From: a bacterium
Lineage (GTDB): Bacteria; SAR324; NAC60-12
DNA: 39,841 bases
Assembly (NCBI GenBank): GCA_965233585.1
Contig: CBDDTI010000155.1
Coordinates: 1 to 39,841 of the forward strand
Direction: 5' to 3'
This document shows, piece by piece, positions 21,785 through 32,767 of this stretch (position 1 is the stretch's first letter; each line of letters opens with the position of its first letter). The notes under the pieces are model-generated. The model worked only from the letters and a program-made list of their open reading frames with translations. It was not told where the DNA came from and searched no databases. Made by a program: the position numbers and the translations under genes.

Positions 21785-21997
21785 ATGGGGAATAAGCAGT
21801 CGTCAGTTGAAAAGACCTCTATTGAAGAAATCAAATATATTAATGTTGATGACCTAGATTTATCAAAAATAGATGCCTTACAATTGAAAGCAATTAAGCA
21901 AATGGCAGGGAGAATAGAAACGCTGGAAAAAGAAAAGCAAACAAAAATGATATATGCTTTGCCAAAAATAGATGTCTGTAATTACAGCCTCTTCTAA
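21785..21997 (+). CDS. Small protein with candidate N-myristoylation signal (MGNKQS)
   Basis: ATG at 21785 preceded by TCTA (21770-21773) in AT-rich DNA; MGxxxS N-terminus; 70 aa. Confidence 0.55.
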   Translation: MGNKQSSVEKTSIEEIKYINVDDLDLSKIDALQLKAIKQMAGRIETLEKEKQTKMIYALPKIDVCNYSLF

Positions 21998-22026
21998 TTT
22001 AATAATATTATTGAATAATAATATTA

Positions 22027-22793
22027 TTAATTAATATGAATTTCTTTCTCCAGTCTCACCATAAACATTTTATTAATATCACTGTCCCTTAACTTTACAA
22101 ATAAGAATGAGTAGGGTTGAGCATCAACTGCTGTTCTGTAAATTTCCAGCATTGTCTTTTTGTCTATCAGCGCTGACTGTTCTTGAATAAATGTGTCCAG
22201 TTCTGCTTGGTTTTTCAACTTGAAAATATATAAACTGCTTGTATTTAATCTAACTATAGGAGCCAGTGCGTTCAGTTTCTGTGAAGAAGTTATGACTGAT
22301 AATCCGAAGACGAGTGTCTTGATTTTGTGTAAAGTCCGTGAAGAATTTTTGAATATCTCATAAAAACTCTATCTTCTGCCCAGTCGTCAATTATAAGAAG
22401 GCAACTATATAACTTGTTCATTTTATTTTTCTTCTGGTATTCTATCACTTTGTGCTGTGTGTCTATGATGTGTGCCAGACTTTCAGGGTCATACTCATCA
22501 AACAAATATTGCTCTTTTTTGTTGTCTATTTTTAGTTCTTTCTCTATATATCGGATTACTTCTTTGTATGCTTCATCTATGTGGGCTGTCGGTGATACAA
22601 TGTATATTCTCTCAAAGCATCCCCTGTAGATTTTTAGAATGAGGTTCTGAATTAATATACCCTTTCCGCCCTGTGATGCCGATACAATGATGCTTCTGAA
22701 TGGTAGTTTGTCTGCTTGTGGGTATGGTGATTGTTTGAATTCATACTGTTTTACATTGATAGGCTCTATTTTAGGAACATCAAGTTTTGACAT
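22027..22793 (-). pseudogene. A32/FtsK-HerA-type genome packaging ATPase, frameshifted
   Basis: Walker A-like SASQGGKG, IYIVSPT, Walker B LLIIDD, SRH. After a ~5-bp insertion near 22310 the frame continues FGLSVITSSQKL..LAPIVRLN into ORF 22027-22218. Confidence 0.85.
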
Positions 22794-23169
22794 AATATAA
22801 ATTATTTAGAAAATAAAATATATTATATCTTGTAAATGGCATATCTTATTTTACCTTTGAGTATTGGGGTCAGGTAGAATATGGAACAGTTGCCGATATT
22901 ACCCATCATAAGAATGTTAATTAAAAATAAAAAATCCACCCCTTGGGCTCTTGCTTCTTTTTCATTCCCGACACGGTCTCTTTTTGCTATGACAACAAGC
23001 AGTAGAAGATTTGAAGCCTTTTTGCTCTTGAATTTGTTTGATGCTATGTTTCAATCAGCACAGTTCATTTTCTTTGACATTTACCTACCGCCCCTTATGG
23101 ATTTTTGTTTGCGCCTAAAAATCCATATATAATTAGATAGTAGTAAAATATATCATCTAATTATATAGG

Positions 23170-23361
23170 ATGAGCAGTTGTGAAGTTTTTGATAGTTATA
23201 TCAATACAATAGATGTGATTGAAGATAGTGTCATTGATGATACTAAATTTCCAATTGTAAAAGATAATAAACTTAAACAGATATTCAGGGTAATGCTGGA
23301 GTTCCTGAAGGCAATTATAAATTATCTTAAGTATTATATAAATGCCACCAAAGAAAAGTAG
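23170..23361 (+). CDS. Hypothetical small protein
   Basis: 63-aa ORF preceded by TCTA (23156-23159). Confidence 0.4.
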   Translation: MSSCEVFDSYINTIDVIEDSVIDDTKFPIVKDNKLKQIFRVMLEFLKAIINYLKYYINATKEK

Positions 23362-23779
23362 TAAAAGCAAAATACCAAAAAAGCCAATACCTGAAGATTT
23401 TGAACTATCAGATGAAGAACCCACCACAATAAATCTGGATGAGGAGCAAAAACTAACAAGTAAATTTATCACCTTTGATTGCCCACTGTGTCATTGTAAA
23501 TTACAATTGAGAAATGAAATTGAAATCAACCCCAAGGGAATAAAATGTAAGTGTAATCCGTGTTCATTCAAAATCAGTAAAAATGACAAAACAATGAATG
23601 TCAGCAGGGATGACAACGGGGACATCACATTGGACAGTGAAATCCACAGTATCTCATTCAGTTTCAATAGAATTACAACCCCGCCCAATGATGATGAAGC
23701 AAACAGAAACCAAATGATAAGTGATGTAATGGCTACGCCCAGAAGTAAAAAACAACTGTCCATAAATGATATGGATTGA
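23342..23779 (+). CDS. Hypothetical Cys-cluster protein
   Basis: MPPKK basic start; CPLCHC and CKCNPC motifs. Confidence 0.6.
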   Translation: MPPKKSSKSKIPKKPIPEDFELSDEEPTTINLDEEQKLTSKFITFDCPLCHCKLQLRNEIEINPKGIKCKCNPCSFKISKNDKTMNVSRDDNGDITLDSEIHSISFSFNRITTPPNDDEANRNQMISDVMATPRSKKQLSINDMD

Positions 23780-23854
23780 AACATATTTAAAGAGTTATTT
23801 TAACACACTTTGAACTGCTAAATAAATAAATATCTAAATAATTAATATATAGTA

Positions 23855-24208
23855 ATGAGTGATTTGGATGATAAACAACCTGAAATGGCAGAGATGCTGA
23901 ACAAAATGACAAGATACAACAAGAATGTCAAAACATTGATGGACTTAATGAACAAGGCATTAGAAAAACTTGATATATTAGTAAAAAATAAACCTGCTGA
24001 AAATAATGGTGCTGATGCTGAGAAAGAAAGGATGGATAAAATCTTTGAGGCTAAAAAAATCGGCAGACCTGTAGGAACTTTTGAAACCAAGCAACACCAG
24101 TATCTGAAAATGCTGAACGAAGGCAAAATCAAAATGCCGAAGGCATCCACTTTGGAATTTTACAAGATTGAAAGGGATGGGGAAGTCTTCAAAGTGATGG
24201 GTGAATAG
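23855..24208 (+). CDS. Hypothetical protein (coiled coil plus KKIGRP)
   Basis: Clean ORF with upstream TCTA (23833-23836). Confidence 0.65.
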   Translation: MSDLDDKQPEMAEMLNKMTRYNKNVKTLMDLMNKALEKLDILVKNKPAENNGADAEKERMDKIFEAKKIGRPVGTFETKQHQYLKMLNEGKIKMPKASTLEFYKIERDGEVFKVMGE

Positions 24209-24245
24209 ATGAAATTTTGATAATATTATTATCTATAATAATATT

Positions 24246-24872
24246 ATGAAATTGTTAGAATTGTTTAGTGGCACTGGTAGTGTTGGAAGTGTAGCTAAAA
24301 ATATGGGCTGGACTGTTGTGTCATTAGATTTGAAAGGGGCTGATATAAACTGCGATATACTGCAATGGAAATACAAAAAATATCCTGTGAAATACTTTGA
24401 TATGATTTGGGTTTCACCCCCTTGTATTGAGTATAGCATCGCAAAACAAACTGGGGTAAGGAAGATTGAAGAAGCAAATGAAATAGTAATGAAAACTCTT
24501 GAGACAATCAAATACTTCAAGCCCAGAATTTGGTTCATTGAAAATCCACAAACGGGGTTATTGAAGAAGCAATCATTTATGGAGGGTTTGCCATACTTTG
24601 ATATTGACTATTGTAAATATGGGATGCAATACAGAAAAAGAACAAGGTTATGGACTAATCTGGATACTTGGACACTTAGACCTCTTTGTAAAAAGGATTG
24701 TGATAGTATGGATGGGAACAGGCATAAAGAAACAGCACAAAGGGCACCCAGTAATAAAAAGGAAACTTGGCCTGAAAACTATACCTTGTTCAAACAAAAG
24801 GATTTGTATAGAATACCTCAAGCATTGGTTGAAGAAATTATGACTGCTGTAAATGTTGTATGTTTTCAGTAA
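24246..24872 (+). CDS. Compact C5 cytosine DNA methyltransferase (viral)
   Basis: Motif I LELFSGTG, motif IV SPPC, motif VI IENP, motif VIII-like YRKRT. Confidence 0.9.
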   Translation: MKLLELFSGTGSVGSVAKNMGWTVVSLDLKGADINCDILQWKYKKYPVKYFDMIWVSPPCIEYSIAKQTGVRKIEEANEIVMKTLETIKYFKPRIWFIENPQTGLLKKQSFMEGLPYFDIDYCKYGMQYRKRTRLWTNLDTWTLRPLCKKDCDSMDGNRHKETAQRAPSNKKETWPENYTLFKQKDLYRIPQALVEEIMTAVNVVCFQ

Positions 24873-24911
24873 GATTGGGTCGTAAAGGGTTCCTACACTT
24901 GGGCTCATTGA

Positions 24912-25026
24912 GTAGGATTTGGGTTTCCTACTTGGTAGGATTTTCATTTCCTACTTGGAAAGGTGCTCATAAGGTAGGATAGGGGGTTCCTACTTGGGCT
25001 CATAAGGTAGGATAGGGGGTTCCTAC
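24912..25026. repeat. Array of four palindromes GTAGGA-N8-TCCTAC
   Basis: Copies start at 24912, 24935, 24974 and 25007. Confidence 0.88.
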
Positions 25027-25090
25027 TTGGGCTGGATTTCGGTTCTCAACTTGGAATGGAGAGGTGCCATTCCTGAAAATGTATGGGTTC

Positions 25091-25223
25091 TGTGAATGTA
25101 AAGCCAGACTTTGGACTTGCAGGTCTTGTGACATTTACCGGGCCACCCAGGCTCATGAGTTGTCAGAGTGTGAAACAGGTGCGGCTAGTTTCTCCGGTGG
25201 TTTCCCCCTTTAGTTTGTTTACA
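25091..25223 (+). repeat. 5' LTR
   Basis: TGTGAATG...GTTTACA; one substitution relative to the 3' LTR. Confidence 0.96.
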
Positions 25224-25224
25224 T

Positions 25225-25236
25225 TGGTAGCGGAGC
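25225..25236 (+). promoter_or_regulatory. Primer-binding site (probably tRNA-Met)
   Basis: TGGTAGCGGAGC one base after the 5' LTR; resembles Met-tRNA PBS sequences such as TGGTATCAGAGC. Confidence 0.7.
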
Positions 25237-25314
25237 CGCTCCAGGCGGCTGTCTAACCTGGACAAAGATCTGCCATAGCCGTTGCTGTGGCGGCCTACGC
25301 TGCGGAGGTGACCC

Positions 25315-28300
25315 ATGCCGTCTCCCGTGGAGCCTGCTGCTGAGGTCGACGGTGGCTCCGCCTCTGATGAGTCCGGTGGGGGCAATGATGATGCTGCTCC
25401 TGGGGAAGAGACTCAGCAGAGGTCTACGGCAAGATGGACTGATGAGGACTGGAGGTTGTGGAACTCTGGTGGTTGGTGGGAGGCTACTAGGAATAGGGCA
25501 CCTTCAACGGAAACCACCCCGACACCTGATGGGGAACACTCAGATGGTCATGGAACTGGGTATGTACGTAGGTCGTATACCACTAGGTCTTCTGACCCTT
25601 GGTTGAACCCTTGGAAAGACCCATGGACGAGTAGTCAGTATGGGAGTCAGAGAGACGAGGTTCCTGAGGAACGTGGAGGTGGCAACGACAAGATCGTGGC
25701 CCCAGAGTTTTCTGGGGAAGAGGACCGTGATGGGACTCGTGCTCGCAGCTACTTGAGGAAGATCGAGGCGTGGCGGAGGGTCACTAGGCTCAAGCCCAAC
25801 AAGCAGGCCTTGGTCTTGTACAACGGCCTCACTGGCAAGGCGTGGCACGATGCTGAGGAGATCGATGTGAAGATGCTGGACTCCAACGACGGTGTCGAGA
25901 AGTTCATCGGCTGGATCACCCAGCGCTACCTGGACAAGGAGGTCGTGAAGGCGGGCAGGTACATGAGTGACTTCTTCAAGCTCTTCAAGCGGGGCACGAA
26001 CCAGGACATCAGGGACTACAATAGCGAGTTCGATCGCCATCTCACGAAGCTCAAAGAGGTTGGCTGCGTCCTTCCGGGAGTCTGCAGCTCATGGTGGTAC
26101 ATCGACAAGCTAAGGTTGGACAGTGCAACGGAGTTGAGCCTCTTGTCATCCGTCAACAACCAGTATGACTTGGGGCGATTGCAGGAAGCTGCAGTTGTGC
26201 AGGATCGCATGAACCGGCGCCTTTGGGAGACCGGACGGAGGAGTGACACCAAGGACAACAAGAAGAACCAGCAGGCCTACATGACTGAGCTCGACGACAT
26301 CCCTGAGGACATGGAGGACTTCGAGGATGCCGAGGACTTTGACGAGACCTACGTCCCTGACGATGAGGACCCTGAAGCCCACGAGGCATTTGTGGCCTTT
26401 CAGAATGCCAAGGCCAAGTACAACAACATGCTGAAGGCTCGTGGCACTACTTTGACTAAGAGCCGTGAGGAAGCTCTCAGTCGGGCAAAGGCACGGTCGT
26501 TCTGTTCGGCATGTGGCAAGAAGGGCCATTGGCATAAGGATGCGGAGTGCCCCAAGAACAAGGGCAAGGATGCCGCAGCTGCTCCCCATGTGACCCATGT
26601 CGTCTTCTACACGGAGGGCACCTACTTGGACACCATCGTGGATTGTGCGTGCAGTCGCACGCTGGCGGGAACTATGTGGTGCAGGAAGTACATCGAGCTG
26701 GCGAAGGACAACGGCATCCCCTACATCATCATCAACCAGGACGAGACCTTCAAGTTTGGTGGACCGAAGCTCTACCCATCCAAGAAGGCGATCATCGGGT
26801 GGCTGGCCATTCAAGGCCGTTGGTTTTTGATCAAGATAGCTCTGGTGGCAGCACAAGTGCCGCTTCTCTTGAGCCGGCCCGTGTTGGCCTCTCTTGGAAT
26901 GAACTACAAGATGGACATCAATGTGGCGGACTTCACAAAGCTTAGCCTTGAGCATGTCAAGCTTGATTTCACGACTTCTGGACATCCCAGAGTCAATGCT
27001 GTGAATTTTGGACCGAAGGTCCCACTCTGGCCGGACAACATCGACTGGAGTGTGACAGAAGTGCACATCCCCGACACGGCATCTGCTGCGTCCCGAGCAT
27101 ACATGGCGAGTGCTGCTTCTGTTGGGCGGGTCCACTTCTTTTACCCCAAAGTACATGGACACATTTTTGACATGCTCACCCGTGACACATTGCCGAGTGA
27201 AACTTTCCTACATTGGTGGAACCAACAAACACATGTACGAGATTTTTGGGTGGAAGATGATGAATACATGGTGAGGGTACATGTGACACCACGTCGCACA
27301 TGTTTTGACCCTGGACGCTGGAACACGTCAGATGACACTTTGAGGACAAACCTTTTGAAGGAATTAGATGAGTGCAGGGAAACGACATGCATTCCATGCT
27401 ATGGCAATGGCATCACACATTGTCTTGAACATCGGTGGCGTCATGATTCTTCACCACGTGCTGACTTCTTGTGGATTGGCCGCAGCCGTTTTCGTCGTCG
27501 ACGCACGACGGAGCAAACCTGCTGCCCCACAATTCGACCTGTGTCGGATGTCCAGGACCGCTCCCAAGTCGCCATGGAAGATGACTCGTGCCGAGCTCAT
27601 CCAACAGATGGAGGATCTGGACATCCCAGTGAGGTACGAGTGGACTGTGCCGGAGCTGAGGGCGACTCTCTTGGGGACGCTGGACACCAAGGGGGACCAC
27701 ACCTACAAAGCGGTCGGCATCTCGCACATGTCGCTGGACGCCTTGAAGGAGAAGTGCAGCCAGGAGGGCATCCCCTTGCCGCCGCGACCCACACGGGGGC
27801 TACTCATGAAGCTGCTGCGGGAGAACACCCCACCGACCGGCGAGGAGAAGGTGTGCTTCGGGAGCTACAGGGGCTTCATGTACAAGGAGGTCAACTGGAG
27901 CTACCTGAACTGGGCGGTGAAGGAGGTGGAGACGAACCCCAACCACAGCCCAGACTTGGCACGTCTGGCTCGTTGGGCACAAGCCGAGAAGTCCAAGCCC
28001 CCTCGCGGTGGAACTTCTTCCGTGAGTGGGGATCCAGAACGTTCGGCCGTTCTGCCGATTCCTCTGGAGGCGCTTCCCAAGGCCAAGCACAAGATGGAGA
28101 AGAACACCATGAAGACAGCGAGAACATCGAGGACTCGGCCTCTGACGTCGGATTCCGAGGGATTCAGCCTGGTGTCGGAGCCCGAGATGAGCACGGAGGA
28201 TCAGATCAAGGACATGGAGTCGCGACTTCAGGTGCTGAAGGCCGTCAAAGCGGAGGAGGACAAGAAGGACAAGGGGTACTAGCTGGTGCCTCCAAAGTCA

Positions 28301-31300
28301 AGATGAAGAAGAAGGCCTATTGGGACAAGGTCGATCAGCTTCACAAGATGCGCATCGAGATGAACAGGAGGAGCTGCTACATCACTGCCGAGCACGACGC
28401 CCTTGACGAGCTCTACAACGTTGGGGAGACTACGCCCACCGCAGAGCTCTACGTCCCTGAGGAGAACACCATCTTTGAGGCTGAGCAGGACTCTGATGTG
28501 ATCGACCTTGACGACTATGATACAGATAAGGAGACCGGGCATCCCAGGATCAAGCTGACCTACCCGGAGGACTATGATGAGGTGAGGAATCTGCCCTCAA
28601 AAAGGATGAAGAGGGTGGCCAAAAAGCGTGTCAAAGGTTGGGTCCACCGGGCCTTGCTTTGCCTCACAACGACATTGGTCGCACTTTCCACTCCTGTGGT
28701 GGCAGAGTTGAACGATGCCATCCTGGAGCCGGCCAAGGATCTTTGCAAGGCTGTGCTAGGACCCAATGCTCTTCAGGGCAAGAAGGAAGAGATCGCACTC
28801 CTTGAGCTGTTTGCGGGTTCCGCCCACCTTACAATGGAGTTCGCTCGACAAGGACATCATGTCTTGGAACCCCGAGACATCTTGTATGGCCACAACCTCT
28901 TTGACCCGCTCCAGCAGGAGTCGGTCTTCAACGACATCCAGTATAAGAGGCCCAAGCTCTTGTGGATCGCTTTGCCTTGTACCAAGTGGTCCACCTGGCA
29001 AAGGTACAACTATGCCCATCGAAAACAGCAACTACGCCGAGAACGTCAGAAGCAAAGGAGGTTGGTGCATTTCGCTGTGGAGGCGGCTTGGCACCAAGTG
29101 GCAATGGGCAACGAGGTGATGTTCGAGCACCCCAAGTACTCGGACATGTGGACAGATCCATCTATGCAGAGCTTCATGGAGTGTGAACATGTGGTCGCGG
29201 CCGATTTGGACATGTGTCGTTATGACCTGAGGGCCGTCACGGATGGCGGTAGGCTCAGGAAACCAACCAAGGTCGTGGCCACCAATCCCAACTTGGTGAA
29301 GGAGCTCACCAGGACTTGTCATGGAGGCCATGAACATACTCCCACTGAGGGCCGAAATACCAAAGCTGCAGGGATTTACACCCGCACTTTCTGCAAGGCC
29401 GTGATTGAGGGGTACAAGAACACTGATAGAAGCGTGTGGTTTCAACCTGGAGACCATGCTGCTGCCAAGACCACGTGGGAGAACTACGTGGCCAACAATG
29501 AGGGTGACTTGACAACAACATCGGGCAACAATATGTCCGGTATCGAGTTCCCCGAGAATGTGCCTGCAACATTGGGCAAAGCACTGAGGCGCGTCCATCA
29601 GAACCTTGGGCACCCAGCCAACCATGATTTAGCACGACATCTCAAATTGTCTGGTGCGAGTGAAGCTGCTGTGAAAGCTGCTCAAGGCTTACGCTGCACC
29701 ACTTGCAATCGGAAAGGCAATCCAGGAACAAGGAGGCCAGCCAAATTGGCTCGCCCCATGGAGTTCAACCAAGAAGTTTGCCTCGACACGCTCAACCTCC
29801 TGGACTCTGAGAAGAAGAAGGTTGAGGTCTTGTCCATCGTGGACACCGCCACGGGGTACCATGTAGTGAAGAAGATCAGAGGCCGCAAGTCAGCCGACTT
29901 GTTGGCCGATTTCACTGACGCTTGGCTCACTTGGGCTGGGCCACCTTTGAAAGTGACATGCGACCAAGAGAGGGGTTTCATTAAGGACTTCGTGGACGGT
30001 CTTGAGATGGTGGGCATCCAGGTGCGTTTCATTGCTGGGCAGGCACATTGGCAACAAGGAATAGTTGAACGTCAAGGCCAGTGGTACCGGGCCATTTGGG
30101 ACCGGACTATTGCCCACAGTCAACCACTACCACATGAGATTGAATATACCCTGGCCATGGTTTCTGCAGCCAAGAACAACCTGAGGAGAAAACATGGCTA
30201 CTCACCTGCACAGTGGCTCTTTGGAGCAGAACCTCGTCTAGGAGATGCCATGCTGGACGAGGACGCCAACCTCTACACCAAGGAGGAACTGAGATCCCCT
30301 AATGAAGTCTGGAGAAGGAGACAAGCAATTCGCCTGGCTGCCCGAGAAGCTTTCATGCAGACACAGGCTGATGATGCTCTCAAACGAGCCCTACTTGGGC
30401 GACCACGCGCTGATCAGGAAATCTATGAACAAGGAGACTACGTCTACATCTTCAGTCAACAAGACGACGGGTGGTGTGGCACGAAAACGCCAAAACGTCG
30501 GTGAGTGGATCGGCCCTGGTGTAGTGGTCGGTAAAGAGGGTAGCTCCTACTGGGTCTCACGCGGTGGTCGTTGTGTTCTATGTGCAGCAGAACACCTTCG
30601 CCCTGCAGAATCTGAGGAGCTTGGTATGGCCTTTCAGACCAAAGTGGTGAAGGACGACTTGATGAGGTTGGCACACCGCCTGGACAACAGCGACGACGAT
30701 GAAGTCTTTTCGCAGATGCGATGGATGAGGTGAGACCGAAGAGAGAGATCAACTATGAGGCGGTGCCAGAGAGAAGGCTGAGGACTAAAGGGGTAGTGCG
30801 TATGCATAAACGACCAGTCCCTGAAGGAGGAGACACTCAAGCACACCGTGGCCGTTCTCTTCCACCAGTACCCGATGATGACATCGAGGACATGTTGGAT
30901 CAGGAAGTCGAGCAAGCCACATCTTCCAGACCGACAGCACAGGCACTGATGGTGGAAAAGAGGATACCTCGTTCAACCATCAAGCAGAACGACAAGGAGA
31001 TCCGATGGGAAGACATCCCTGAGGAAGAGAGAGCCTGTTATGTCAACGCGGAGAAGAAGCAATGGACCGAGCACCTTCACTACGAAGCTGTACGAGTTCA
31101 CCCACCTGAAGATGCAGCTCTCTTGAGGAAGAAGGTGCCCAAAGAACGCATCCTCCGGGCGAGGTTCGCCTACCGGGACAAGCACGCCGCGAAACGACGT
31201 GAAGATGCTTCACTACCTCCAAAAGCTAAGGCGAGGCTGTGCATCGGGGGTCATCAAGATCCTGATCTGCAGAAGGGCGAGGTCAACACCGAGGCCCCTA

Positions 31301-32756
31301 CTGCTTCGAGAATGTCCTTGCTCACCTTGCTTTTCCTGGCGGCCCAGTTTGGATGGCAGCTAGCAGCTGGCGACGTGGAGGCCGCCTTCCTCAACGGGAT
31401 TGAGTCCAAACGTGGGCTCTACTTTGAGCCACCACGTCGTGGCTTACCAGAAGTGGAACCAGGCTCCCTCATCGAGATCGTGAAAGGGGTCTTTGGTCTT
31501 TCCAACTCACCTAGGCTTTGGTGGGACAAATTAGCCAAAGAACTCAAAGAGCTGAAGATCAAGGTTGGTGACGACACCCTTACTTTGAGTCATCACGACC
31601 TTGACCCATGTTTCTTCCCCTACGAGATCAACGTGGTCAACTACGAGGGGGCCTGATCACTCATGTCGACGACCTGCTCATCGCTGCCCCTCCTTCGGAG
31701 ATGGGACAACTACAGGTGGAACTTTCAGGATTGTTCCCCATTGCAAAGTGGGAATCTGGTACCTTCGACTACACGGGCGCTACCATCAAGCAGGTGGACC
31801 AGGTCATCGAGCTCTACCAGACTGACTATGTCAACACTCGCTTGGAGGCCGTGGAGATTCCAAAGAATGTGGAGACAGAGGAGATTGCAGACCAGGTCAC
31901 CAAGCAGGATAACATGAGCACCATTGGCGCCCTTTCCTGGCTGGCATCACAAACCAGGCCAGATCTCCAAGCTGGAGTCTCCCTTTCTCAGAGACGACAG
32001 CGCGACCCCACCTTCCAAGATGTGAAGAACACGAACAAGCTGGTCAAAATGGCACAGGCTGGGAAGGGTGAACCTCTTCAGTTCACGAAGGTTTCCGATG
32101 GATTAGATGACCTACTCCTGCTGGTATACAATGATGCGGCTTGGGCTAACGCTACGCTGGATCCCAACCACGAGCTTCCTGAGGACTACGAAGCAGCTGC
32201 TGGACATGGGGTGTATTCCCAACTTGGGCACCTGCTGCTCATGACGAGCCGCGCTGCTTTGTCAGGCCAAGAAGTGCCAGGCACCGTGGTAGGATGGAAG
32301 TCACACGGGTGCCCACGTGTTTGCCGTAGCACTTTTGCGGCAGAAGTCATGGCAGGATTGGAAGGTTGGGAAGAAGCCTTATGCTTCCGCTCTTTCATTG
32401 CGGGAGCCTTATCGGCTCAACCTGGCGGGCTTCGCGAGGCCAATGCGAGGGCCCTTTTTCCCATAGTCAGTTTGACTGACTGCAAGTCCGTGTACGACAA
32501 CGTCCATCGTGTGGGAGGACCAAGAGCACCAAGCGAGAAGAGATTGGTAGTGGACCTTACGGCCCTGAGGATGATGGTTGGCGAAGAGGCAGCCTACTGG
32601 GGCGGCATCATTCATGGAGCCCGGACTCTGCGTTGGCTCCCTACAGGAATGCAGCTGGCAGACATCCTCACGAAGGTCATCCCAGATGTACGTAGCTGGT
32701 GGGCCAACACACGCACCATCAAGCTACCTTTTTCATCCCCTGCAAGTCCAACGTAA
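25315..32756 (+). pseudogene. Copia polyprotein: Gag, zinc knuckle, protease, C5-MTase-like domain, integrase, RT, RNase H; three frameshifts (~30455, ~30710, ~31615)
   Basis: CSACGKKGHWHKDAEC; IVDCACS; ELFAG/LPC/EHP; HQNLGH..CTTC, CLD/CDQ/IVER; KARL..GG, GDVEAAFL, HVDD; NDAAW, AAE, TDCKS, QLADILTK, spread over four ORFs. Confidence 0.92.
27548..28282 (+). CDS. Overprinted +1-frame ORF within the Copia polyprotein (HeH/SAP-like repeats plus FGxYxG...YLxW module)
   Basis: Open 27368-28282, first plausible ATG at 27548; protein-like sequence with C/G-ending codons, while the polyprotein frame is open but low-complexity here. Confidence 0.7.
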   Translation: MSRTAPKSPWKMTRAELIQQMEDLDIPVRYEWTVPELRATLLGTLDTKGDHTYKAVGISHMSLDALKEKCSQEGIPLPPRPTRGLLMKLLRENTPPTGEEKVCFGSYRGFMYKEVNWSYLNWAVKEVETNPNHSPDLARLARWAQAEKSKPPRGGTSSVSGDPERSAVLPIPLEALPKAKHKMEKNTMKTARTSRTRPLTSDSEGFSLVSEPEMSTEDQIKDMESRLQVLKAVKAEEDKKDKGY

Positions 32757-32767
32757 AACACAACCAG

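Noticed and set aside
22881..23132. 83-aa ORF between the ATPase and ORF 23170
   Set aside because: No motif or promoter signature; opposite-strand frames contain stops, so no gene can be supported.
5132..24872. Bacteriophage or bacterial contamination (fibre with S74 domain, GIY-YIG, MTase)
   Set aside because: No Shine-Dalgarno pattern noticed; the rve integrase, PLV-type capsid genes, TIRs, nested Copia and flanking spliced exons show integration in a eukaryotic chromosome.
26146..27162. 338-aa minus-strand ORF and other antisense ORFs in the Copia
   Set aside because: Antisense shadows expected from C/G-ending codons in the sense frame.
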